Positions 38,184 to 50,110 of a stretch of 64,000 nt of DNA are shown piece by piece; position 1 is the stretch's first letter, and each line of letters begins with the position of its first letter. A model generated the notes under the pieces. It did no database searches and was not told the origin of the DNA. It saw only the letters and a program-made list of their open reading frames with translations. The position numbers were made by a program, and so were the translations under genes. Source of the stretch: Octopus sinensis (Eukaryota); the NCBI RefSeq assembly GCF_006345805.1, contig NW_021833641.1, forward strand, positions 1 through 64,000, written 5' to 3'.

Positions 38184-39824
38184 GTATGTATGTGTATCTA
38201 TATGTATATATATATATAGTCTGCGTATGTGTGTCTGTGCGTGTATGTATTTTTATCTTTGTGGTTTTTTATGGACCTCCCTATCTGCCTATCGGTGATA
38301 GTTCGTTTACGTCCCCTCATCGTCTTGTTTCGGCCGTAAATGGGAGCCAAATAGAAAGTGCGCGACTCAAAATAAAAGTAAATAAGCACTGGGTTGCGAT
38401 AGCTTGACTAAAAATCTGCAACACGGCGCCATAGCATGACTGCAATCTAAAAACTGGAACATGTAGAAGATAAAACATGTAAGATGGCAACTGAAGCCTC
38501 GGTCTTCCGTAGAAACCATCATTTTTAAGGACAAGGTTTGCCAAAATGTTCAAACATCGTAGACGGTTTCACCTGATAGTTTTCGTGACAAAAAATTGGC
38601 ATCAACCTGCGATGTATTAATTCTCCTGATTTAGGTTTGGCGTAGACGCATGATCACGTGAAAAATCTTTAAAGAAACAAAATCTCTAATTGGCGCATCG
38701 CAGTGAATAGTCATCTACTAATTTCAAAAAATCTATTCTGTAAGATTCCTTGTCACTTCTGAAGATATGTTAGGACCAAAATCTGAAGACGCGACTGTGC
38801 AATTAATAATTCATCACCTACATAAATTGTAACATATGAAGTAAAAATAAAGAATACAGAAAAAAGTTTTAAAACGGAAAACAAAATAAAAATACAAAGT
38901 AGAAAAGTAAAATATATAAGATAGGAATGAAATAGAATGTAAAAAAGATAAAAATTCAAATTAAAATAAATTGAAAAAAAACATTAAGTAAAAATAGGCG
39001 AAATAAGTAAAAAAAATAAATATAAAAGAATTAGGTAAAAAAGAATAAATAAAAATATAATAAATTTTACAAAATTAAGTAAAAAATAAAAAATAAAATT
39101 AACGGTTAAAAGACACAAAAATAAAAATAAAAAAACAATTTTGAATAATGAAATAAAAGATAAAATAACAGATAAGATATGAAATAAAAATAAAAATAAA
39201 ATCTAAATTGAAATAAAGTAAATAAAATGGGAAAAAAAATATAAATAAGAAAGCCTCCCAGAAATAATGACAACACTATTTTTCCCCATGCTAAAATATT
39301 CGCCAAAAAATATCTAAAGATCTGATTGGTCGTTTGATTGCGTTGACACCTGTCACTTAGTGTGTCTTGTTCATAATATGTGAGAAAGACATTTGAACAA
39401 CAACAACGTCAACAACAAAAATGGTAAACCAAATTATAAGCAATGATGCTTCTGTATTTTTTTTCTTATTTTATTTCTTTATCGCTTTTACTCTCTTCTT
39501 ATCTTTTCAAGTTTATTTGTTATTTATATTTCTGCTTTTTTTTTGTCTGGCTTTTTAAAAAAAAAAAACAACTTATTTTTATTTATTGTTATTTATTATT
39601 TTTTTGTTAAAGATTGTCTGTTGGAACAGAATTAACATACATTGTCTCCAAGATGGTGTGAGAGCTTTTGTAACAGGAACGAAACAACTTAAATAATGAG
39701 CCACAGTTTTCGCTGAATCAATGTAAATGATAATGATGATGATGATGATGATGATGATAATGATGATGATGATGATGAAAATGATGATGGCAGCAACAAC
39801 AACAGCAACTACAATTTTTTAAAA

Positions 39825-40893
39825 ATTTCTTTACTGCCCACAAGGGCAACAATTCTAAAAAAATGAAATAAAATATAAAATAACAGATACGATATGAAAT
39901 AAAAATAAAAATAAAATCTAAATTGAAATACAGTAAATAAAATGGAAAGAATAAGAAAAAAGAAATTGTTGTTTACCCCGAATGGATGAAAGGCAAAGTC
40001 GACCTCGGCGGAATTTGAGCTCAGAACGAAAAGACAGACGAAATACCTATTTTTTTACTGCCCACAAGTGGCTACATACAGAGGGGATAAACAAGGATAG
40101 ACAAACGGATTAAGTCGATTATATCGACCGCAGTGCGTAACTGGTACTTACTTAATCGACCCCGAAAGGATGAAAGACAAGGTCGACCTCGGCGGAATTT
40201 GAACTCAGAACGTAACGGCAGACGAAATACCGCTAAGCATTTCACCCGGCATGCTACCGTTCCTTATTTCTTTATTGCCCACAAGTGGCTAAACACAGAG
40301 GGGACAAACAAGGACAGACAAACGGATTAAGTCGATTATATCGACCCCAGTGCGTAACTGGTACTTAATTTATCAACCTCGGAAAGGATGAAAGGCAAAG
40401 TCGACCTCGGCGGAATTTGAACTCAGAACGTAGCGGCAGACGAAATACTGCTGAGTATTTTGCCCGGCCTGCTAACGTATCTTTTTTCTTTACTGCCCAC
40501 AAGGGGCTACACACAGGTGGTGGGCAAGGACATACAAACGGATGAAGTCGATTATATCGACCCCAGTGCATAACTGGTACTTATTTAATCGACCCCGAAA
40601 GGATGAAAGGCAAAGTTGACTTCGGCGGAATTTGAGCTCAGAACGTAACAGCAGACGAAGTACCTATTTCTTTACTACTCACAAGGGGCTAAGCATAGAG
40701 AGGGACAAGAAGGACAGACAAACGGATTAAGTCGATTATATCGACTCCAGTGCGTAACTGGTACTTATTTAATCGACCCCGAAAGGATGAAAGACCAAGT
40801 CGACCTCGGCGGAATTTGAACTCAGAACGTAGCGGCAGACGAAATACTGCTAAGCATTTCGCCCGGCCTGCTAACATTTCTGCCAGCTCACCG
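39825..40893 (-). mobile_element. Head-to-tail array of Nin/Deu-type SINE copies (four near-complete units plus fragments)
   Basis: Units about 40051-40258, 40261-40478, 40481-40668, 40671-40893; only the last keeps the tRNA head gacggtgagctggcag. Confidence 0.92.
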
Positions 40894-41016
40894 TCTTACA
40901 AGTACAATCTTTTTTCGAATTTTGGTACAAGTCCACGAAGTACAGAGAAGCCGGTTTGTCGATTACTTAGTCCCCAATGCTCAATTGGATTTTATTTCCC
41001 CAACTTGAAAAAATGA

Positions 41017-41104
<88 letters not shown>

Positions 41105-41990
41105 AAAAAGAGGCCGAGGAAGGGCGAATGGCACCGTGAGTGTCGCGTTGCTCTCAAGCAACTCTACCGTCCTGGGTCAACCTTGAGTGACTCCATCATG
41201 ACCAAAGCATTCTATAGGGGATTAGTGGAGGGGAGGTACGACGACGAGCTCGGGGCGAACCTGGACGTCGACGAGGAATACCTGACCCGCCTGTTCGGGA
41301 CGACTTTCGGGCCAGGGCCCATGGATAACGGGAAGGAAGAGCTATTTTCATCGTCCCTGTGGCTATGGCGAAAGAATGTATCTGGTGGACGCGTCAGAGA
41401 GGATTGGAGACAAACACTTTCCTCTCTAGTCAACCTCTCATCAACTTCTTCAAGTACCATTTGAAAAGGAAAGTGAGAGTAGAGAGGCAAGTTTTGTCTA
41501 GCGAATGTTTTAAAAAAAGATGGGTGAATGTAGCAAGGATGGTACGTATGAATGACGACGCCACCTTGAGCATAATCCTATGAACCCAGAAATTGAAAAC
41601 AGAGGGTTACCCACTTGCAAACAAATGTGGTAACATATAACAATATTGACCAAGGTTACCGTGGTCTTTTTCGTAGGCCTTTCTTCCCACGAATAAACCT
41701 TACTTGCTTTCCCCTTTACAACATACATCATGACACTGTGATACACGATCCCTATTGATCGTTTTTTTTCCTCTTCCCCTTTTTTCCCCTCTTTTTTCTT
41801 CTTTTTTCATTTTTCTTTTCTTTTTTTGTTTTTTGTTCCGTTTTAGTAACAATCCCTTTTGTTCGAAAACCTACGCCACCTTGTTTGTTTCTTTTGTTTT
41901 GTTTTTTTCTTTTTTCATCCCCTAAAGAAAAGCTCATACTTGTAACTTGTCCCATCTGTGTGCACCCTGTGTGGCCAATAAAGAAACTTA
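41105..41990 (+). mobile_element. Tx1/L1-type LINE 3' end, internally deleted, inside (TATC)n
   Basis: TKAFYRGLVEGRYDDELG...LTRLFGTTFGPGPMDN / AMAKECIWWTRQRGLET...LINFFKYHLKRKVRVERQVLSSECFKKRWVNVARMV; T-rich 3' UTR with aataaa ~41978; clade assignment from recalled C-terminal pattern. Confidence 0.65.
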
Positions 41991-42026
41991 TCTTCTATCT
42001 ATCTATCTCATCTATCTATCTATCTA

Positions 42027-42060
<34 letters not shown>

Positions 42061-42185
42061 CTCTATCTATCTATCTATCTATCTATCTACCTATCTATTA
42101 TCATCTATCTAACTATTATCATATATATATATGGTATACATATACATAATATACATATACATATATATACAAATATATATAATAC

Positions 42186-42266
<81 letters not shown>

Positions 42267-42613
42267 ATAATACTATATCAATACAGAAACGGACTCAAAG
42301 AATGAAAATACGCAGGCCGGGCCAACACACACACATATCTATATATGTATCAATATGACGTACTAAAGTACATCTAGGTGAATATATAATTTATATACTA
42401 ATTCATATTTATTGTTCGTCATAGTTATATATCACTTTCAACACACATAGTCATTGACAATATAAACACTCGCACATGTAGGAGTTTATGTACGAATGTA
42501 TATTCCTGCAATGATAAATATACTGTTGGATATAAATCATTATTTGCCCATATCACTCCTTCGCACGTCCAGCCTTCGTATTGCTGTCGTTTTTTGCCCT
42601 CTCCCTAGTGTGG

Positions 42614-42673
<60 letters not shown>

Positions 42674-42797
42674 TAGATAGATAGATAGATAGATAGACAT
42701 AGATAGAGATATATATGTATATATATGTATATATTACACATACATATATGCGTGTATGTGTATACATTCTGTATATATATATATATTCTAAATATAT

Positions 42798-42837
<40 letters not shown>

Positions 42838-43051
42838 CACACATGTATATTATGATACATATTATTGTAAATATATATGTATATATATACATATATATAT
42901 TTATAAATATCTGGCTATATCCCTCTCTCTCTTTCTCTCTTTGTGCCTCACTAAATAAATATCTATCTATTTATCTTTGTATGTATGTATATTTTATGTA
43001 TATCTCCTTATACACACAGCCATATATATATACACACACACACACACATAT

Positions 43052-43086
<35 letters not shown>

Positions 43087-43186
43087 CGTTTGTGTGTGTG
43101 AGTATATGTATATAGATATATACATTCTGTATATCTGGGTATGAATATATATATATGTCTGTACATTAGTATATGTATGTATGTAT

Positions 43187-43220
<34 letters not shown>

Positions 43221-43446
43221 TTATATATATATATATATACATATGCATAAATATGCGTATATATTTTATGTGCGTTATTACGATGTACATTTGATAATAA
43301 AACATGATTTCAAGTAGACAGTTGCTTTGATTTAAGGGGAGACAGATCAGAATGTACTACTCCACATTTACACACACATAACCACACACATCTGCACCTA
43401 CATATACTCACGCATGTATACACAAACACCTCTCACTCTCTCTCTG

Positions 43447-43484
<38 letters not shown>

Positions 43485-43763
43485 CATAGTAACAGCGAGG
43501 GACGAATTTCGATTATCCCCACGTTGTGAGTTATAATATATATAAGAAATATATATATATTGTAATATATATAAGAAATTAAAGAAGGAAAGTGCACACA
43601 ATTTACATAGCCTCGAGCGTGTGTGTCGATCTGGTAGACGGAAACTGAAAGAAGCGCTTGTGTATATTCATGTGTATATAATTTTTACTTGTGCGATTTT
43701 TGACTACCCTGGTAACTATTTATCTATTTTTTCCGTGTTAAGAAGGGAAAATACACACAACTT

Positions 43764-43802
<39 letters not shown>

Positions 43803-43811
43803 AGATATATA

Positions 43812-44150
43812 ATTTTTTCTAGTTTCAGCTCAGAGCTGCGGCCATGCTGATGCATCGCCGTTTTGTGCTAGACTGTTATTACGACGAACCTCGTCTAATA
43901 TGTGGCACTTAGTGAAGAATGGAGTTTGATATAGCTACTCTCATTTGCACCTCTTGCCGTGAGGTAGGTTCAACTGGGACTCTCGACAGGAAGATGTCCA
44001 GCTTTGATTTAAAAACCGCTACATCTACTTTGTGCAAGTTCCTCAGACTCTTGGGAGAATATTGAAAAGCTGTCAGCCTTTGAAACCCAGGCTGTTGCAG
44101 AAGCTGGTTCTGAAGCGTGATGGCATTGACAGGATCTTTGGCACTATGCA
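43812..44150 (-). mobile_element. L2/Crack-type LINE 3' end with UTR
   Basis: FQYSPKSLRNLHKVDVAVFKSKLDIFLSRVPVEPTSRQEVQMRVAISNSILH* (stop 43909), then UTR ending ggcgatgcatcagcatggccgcagctctgagctgaaactagaaaaaa. Confidence 0.75.
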
Positions 44151-44216
44151 GTAGTATATATTTATAGAGTGAGATAGATAGATAGACAAATATAGATATG
44201 TATATATTTATATGTA

Positions 44217-44450
44217 CAGTAAACCCCACCATATTGTGGGTGACATATCGCGGTTCACTTATCGCGGTTTATTATTTAAGCTTCCATCCAATCCTCCGTG
44301 GGGTTGTTTTGCATTTATAATAAAATAAATATGTACAAATTATAAAAATATCACAAAAAATACACAGCACAATACTGTTTCTACTTCGCGGATTTTCATC
44401 TATCGCGGGATTTTTGGAATGTAACGCCCGCGATAGACGAGGGTTTAGTG
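44217..44450. mobile_element. Tigger/pogo-like MITE
   Basis: TA-cagtaaaccc...tatcgcgg and ccgcgatagacgagggtttagtg-TA termini. Confidence 0.75.
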
Positions 44451-44479
44451 TATATATTTATGTATATTTATGTATATAT

Positions 44480-44690
44480 TTATGTTTGTCCCCCGTCATC
44501 ATTTGACAACTGATGCTGAGGCATTTATTTCCTGGTCATCTAGTGGTTCGGCAAAAGTAACCGATAGAATATTTGGCCTACGAATATTTCGCCTACGAAA
44601 AATAAGTCCTGCGGTCGAGTTCTTCGACTAAAACTCTTTGAGGCTGTGCTCCAGCATCGTCGCACTGAAACAGAAGAACAACCATAAAAC
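44480..44690 (+). mobile_element. Decayed SINE family 1 3' half
   Basis: tttgtccccgtcatcatttgacaactgatgctg...ggctgtgctccagcatcg. Confidence 0.7.
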
Positions 44691-44962
44691 AGAGGGAGAA
44701 GAAGGAACGAAGAAAGGAAGAAAGGAAGGAAGGAAGGAAGAAAGGAAGAAAGAAGGAAGGAAGAGGGGGATAGAAAGCATGGAACTTCGTGGCTGTGAAT
44801 TTCATCGGGAAACGTTAACTTAGTGACGAACGACGCAAGGAAATCTCGTTTTCGAATAAATGGATAATATTAACGATCATATATGGCGTCTACAGGTGCA
44901 TACACGGTATGTGCGTGCGTGTGTGTTATAGTGTGTGTGTGTGTGTGTGTGTTTGTGTGTGT

Positions 44963-45460
44963 CTGCTGTACTCTTTCACCACAACTTTCTCTCACTCTTA
45001 CTTCCTGTTTCTGTTGTACTGTATTTCAAAGGGCCGGCCTTGTCACTCTCTGTGTCACGCTGAATATCCCCGAGAACTACGTTAAGGGTGCACGTGTCTG
45101 TGGAATTACGTCTCAGCCACTTGCACGTTAATTTCACGAGCAGGCTGTTCCGTTGATTCGGATCAACCGGAACCCTCGTCATCGTAACCGATGGAGTGCT
45201 CCTGCAGGGGATGGTGGTGATCCCTGCTGTACTCTTTCACCACAACTTTCTCTCACTCTTACTTCCTGTTTCTGTCGTACCTGTATTTCAAAGGGCCGGC
45301 CTTGTCACTCTCTGTGTCACGCTGAATATCCTCGAGAACTACGTTAAGGGTACATGTGTCTGTAGAGTGCTCAGCAACTTGCACGTTAATCTCACGAGCA
45401 GGCTGTTCCGTTGATTCGGATCAACCGGAACCCTCATCGTCGTAACCGACGGAGTGCTTC
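44963..45460 (+). mobile_element. Tandem duplicate (~261-bp period) of a SINE 3' body related to family 2
   Basis: ctgctgtactctttcaccacaactttctctcactctt at 44963 and 45224; same motif in 27652-27964. Confidence 0.8.
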
Positions 45461-45712
45461 CACATGTGTGTGGTGTGTAATGGAGTCATGTTCATGTCTT
45501 GCACTCAATTTACAAAATAGGATGTTAGACAGTCATCCCGTTCTTTGTTTTTCTCTCTCTATCTATATATCTACCTGTATGTCTATCTATCTATCCATAT
45601 GCTGCATTTGTGTATACGCGCATACACACACATGTACAGACACACACACATATATATATATATACAACAATATATACATACAAATATATACACATATGCA
45701 CACACATATATT

Positions 45713-45746
<34 letters not shown>

Positions 45747-45930
45747 AAGAGAGAGAGAAAGAGAAAGATGTATATATATACACATACATTCATATATACA
45801 TATATACATATATTCATACATATATTATGTACATATATATGCATATATGTATACATACATATATTATATCACACACATATATATATATATTATATATATA
45901 TTGTTATATATATATAAATATATATATATA

Positions 45931-45991
<61 letters not shown>

Positions 45992-46012
45992 TTGATAATT
46001 AGATAGATAGAT

Positions 46013-46068
<56 letters not shown>

Positions 46069-46074
46069 CTTTTT

Positions 46075-46178
46075 TTTAAGCAGCAGAAACATCAATTCAA
46101 TAAAGCATATTACTCTACCACTGGTATTTAGAGTACTCTTTTTTCCACCTTGTTTCACATTTATGTGTTTACTCCGTA
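46075..46178 (+). mobile_element. PLE terminal-repeat family C tail
   Basis: aataaagcatattactctaccactggtatttagagtactc matches reverse complement of 33121-33200. Confidence 0.7.
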
Positions 46179-46844
46179 TGATATATATATATATATATAT
46201 ATATACAATATCTTATTTTTCATGTATAGATTGCACATAGTCACCTCTAGCTATCTAGTTGTCTGTCTGTGGTACAACTTGTCTCTTTCTCTCTCCCTAT
46301 CTTTCTCTGTCTCTGAGTCTCTTTCTTCACACACACACACACCACACACACACACACAACACACACACATATTTACAATTCCATATTGATTTCTTCCCTA
46401 CTGTTGTCATACAGATAACTTCCTATTTTACACAAACTTAATGTCATCCTATTGTATATCGTCGATATCAATATCTCATCCAGTTGCATTGATATCGATT
46501 CTATCAAGGAAAAATCGATATTGACAAATCTCCAAAGGTTGGTATCGATCTGGGACCACCCCTCGCTTTCGATCTCTGGATCCATACATCTCATAGAATT
46601 TATCACTCAAAGGACATCTCTAACTTTCCATGTCTATCTTCCCAGCTATTGTCTTCTTCCCTATCGATAAATGCTTAAATAACTGTCTCTTACGCCCCCT
46701 GTCGATACATACATACATACATACATACATACATAGATACATACATACATACATACATACATACATACATACATACATAAATACATACATACATACATAC
46801 ATAAATATATACATGCATACATACATATATATATATATACATAT

Positions 46845-47110
46845 CGGAGTAAGCACAAAAATGCGAAACAAGGTTGAAAAAATAGTACTTGAATACCAGA
46901 GTAATATGCTTTATTAAAAAGCAGCAGAAATATCACAAAAATTGTTAATTCACGTTCCTGCTCGTCGGACAGTTTTATTTAGAATAGAACAGATATAAGG
47001 TTGGTATGAGTTTATTTCTGTTCCCTTCTAAACAAAACTGGGAACGAATGGGAACGTGAAACTCTGAGTAACAGCTTTTGTCATATTTCTGCTGCTGTTT
47101 AACAAAGTAT
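46845..47110. mobile_element. Diverging inverted pair of family C terminal repeats, each with a decayed HHR
   Basis: Minus ctgt CCGACGA gca-ggaa-cgt gaa (46945-46972); plus ctg GGAACGA atg-ggaa-cgt GAA ACTC-t-GAGT A acag (47038-47074). Confidence 0.7.
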
Positions 47111-47269
47111 ATATATATATATATATATATGTGTTGTGTGTGTGTGTGTGTGTGTGTTCTGTGTATATAAATATATGTATACATATATACATACACACAT
47201 ATATATGGATGTATATAATATATATATATATATATATACAGAAATATATATATATATATATTATATATA

Positions 47270-47485
47270 TGTATGTACACTTTTTTCTTTCCTTTTGTTT
47301 CTCTCCTTTTTTCTCTTTCCTTGTTTCTCTCCTTGTTTCTTTTCTGTGTATCTTTCTGTCGAAGAGCGTAGGCTCGAAATGTAAAAGACTTTTTCTATTT
47401 CTATTCCTGAGCGCTATACTAATACATTTGTTTGTTTGTACTCCACCTACCTTCGTCTTTTGTTTATTTTCGTAAACTTTCCCGT

Positions 47486-47490
<5 letters not shown>
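47270..47490 (+). mobile_element. PLE terminal repeat family B with HHR-like motif at 47351-47388
   Basis: tcttt CTGTCGA a gagc-gtag-gctc GAAA tgt A aaaga. Confidence 0.65.
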
Positions 47491-47516
<26 letters not shown>

Positions 47517-48515
47517 CTTTTGCCAAGGCGCTGCTGCAGTATGGCCGGAGTCCAATCACTGAAAAATGTAAATGTATATCAAGGATGCTTATGATGAAAT
47601 TAACGAAATAACATGATTATAGCAATGGCGATGTGTGCGATGACGATAAAATATGCTGTTTAGGGTTTTGATACTGGAGCTGATGATGATATTGGCGGTG
47701 TTGGGGTGGCGGTGGTGTTTGTATGGTCATCGATGGTGATGATGACGATGATGATGATGATCATCATCATCATGCCGAAAATAAAGATGGTGATGATGAT
47801 GATGATGACGATGATGACGACGATGATGATGATAATGATGATGATGATAATGATGATGGCGATGATGATGATGTCGATGATGATGGTGATGATGACGATG
47901 ATGTCGAGGATGATGATGATAATGATGATGATGATAATGATGATGGTGATGATGATGAAGATGATGATGATGATGGTGATGATAATGATGATGATGATAA
48001 TGATGATGATGATAATGATGATGGTGATGATGATGATGTCGATGATGAGGGTGATGATGACGATGATGTCGACGATGATGATGATGATGATAATGATGAT
48101 GATAATGATGATGATGATGATGAAGATGATGATGATGATGGTGATGGTAATGATGATGATGATAATGATGATGATGATAATGATGATGGTGATGATGATG
48201 ATGTCGATGATGATGGTGATGATGACGATGATGATAATGATGATGGTAATTATGATAATGACGATGATGATTGTGATGATGATGATTTAAAGTGTAATCA
48301 GCAATGTGATTAAAAGTTTTATTAATTTACCGTAATAATTGAGGATTATAATCAGGTTATTGGCTACAGTGGAGGGTGGTGGGGGTGGTGGTAACGACGA
48401 TGATGATGATGATGGGGTTGGGGAGGGGAAGGAGGAAGAGAAATAGGAGGAGGAGGAGGAAGCCAACGCTGCTGCTGCTACACTTGAGGATTATGATGCT
48501 TGCGTTGAACAATAA

Positions 48516-48553
<38 letters not shown>

Positions 48554-48641
48554 GTGATGATAATGATGACGGTGATGAAGATGATGCTGTTGATGATGAT
48601 GATGATGATGTTGATGATGATGATGGTGATGATAATGCTGT

Positions 48642-48679
<38 letters not shown>

Positions 48680-49120
48680 GTGATGATGATGGCAACGGCA
48701 ACAACGACTACGACGTCGATGATGATGAAGATGAGGATGATGATGAACAGGTGAAGGTGGTGGAACCTAATACTGCAGCAGCAACTGGTGATGATGATGA
48801 TGATCGTGTTGAATAATAATGATGATGATGATGATGATGATGATGATAAAAGCATGTGTTGGCATTGATGTTGCCGTTGATGATGGATATGATGCTGATG
48901 GTGAAGATGGTGATGATGATGATAATGATGATGAAGAGGATGATGATGCTGATGATGATGATGATGATGATGAAGAAGAAGAAGATGAAGATAGTGATGA
49001 CGATGATGATATTGACAATGATGATGACGAAGATAATGATGATGATAATATTGATGATGATGATAATCAAAATGACGATAATGATGATGATGATGGTGAA
49101 GAATGATGATGATAATGATG

Positions 49121-49152
<32 letters not shown>

Positions 49153-49694
49153 GATGATGATGATGATCAAAATGATGATAATGATGATGATGATGGTGAA
49201 GAATGATGATGATAATGATGATGATGATGATGATAATGCTGATGGTGATAATGATGATCAAAATGATGATGATGATGATGTTGAAGAATGATGATGATGA
49301 GAATGATGGGATGATAATTGTGATGATAATGTTAATGACAATGATGATGTTAGTGATGACCGGTGTTGATGATGAAGCTGCTGAAGTTTATGATTATGAT
49401 TATGATAATGATGATGATAACGATGAAGATGATGACGGCGATGATGGTGATGTCGATGATGATGACGATGTTGATGATGACGATGACAATGAATACGATG
49501 ATGATGATGATGATGGCGGTGATGAGAATTGTGACGATATGTATGATGGTGGCGATGACGGAGGTAACGATGAATTTGATGACGGAGATGATGACTTCTG
49601 ATGACTTCTGATGATGTTGATGATGATGATTATGAAGATGATGATGCTGATGATGACGATGATGATAAAGACGATGAAAAGGATGATGATAACG

Positions 49695-50110
49695 GCGGTG
49701 ATGATGTTGGTGATTATAACGATGGTGATGATGTTGGTGATGATAACGATGGTGATGATGTTGGTGATGATAACGATGGTGATGATGTTGATGATGATAA
49801 CGATGGTGATGATGTTGGTGATGATAACGATGGTGATGATGTTGGTGATGATAACGATGGTGATGATGTTGATGATGATAACGATGGTGATGATGTTGGT
49901 GATGATAACGATGGTGATGATGTTGGTGATGATAACGATGGTGATGATGTTGGTGATGATAACGATGGTGATGATGTTGGTGATGATAACGATGGTGATG
50001 ATGTTGGTGATGATAACGATGGTGATGATGTTGGTGATGATAACGATGGTGATGATGATGATGATGATGGTAACGATGGTGATGATGTTGGTGATGATAA
50101 CGATGGTGAT
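49695..50110. repeat. 27-bp minisatellite (gatgatgttggtgatgataacgatggt), about 15 copies
   Basis: DDVGDDNDG 9-aa periodicity in ORF 49601-50158. Confidence 0.92.

Noticed and set aside
38780-39960. A-rich tract with a ~90-bp direct repeat (39150-39240 / 39865-39950) and hydrophobic minus-strand ORFs
   Set aside because: Low-complexity (AAAT)-like sequence; F/I/L-rich ORFs are compositional artefacts.
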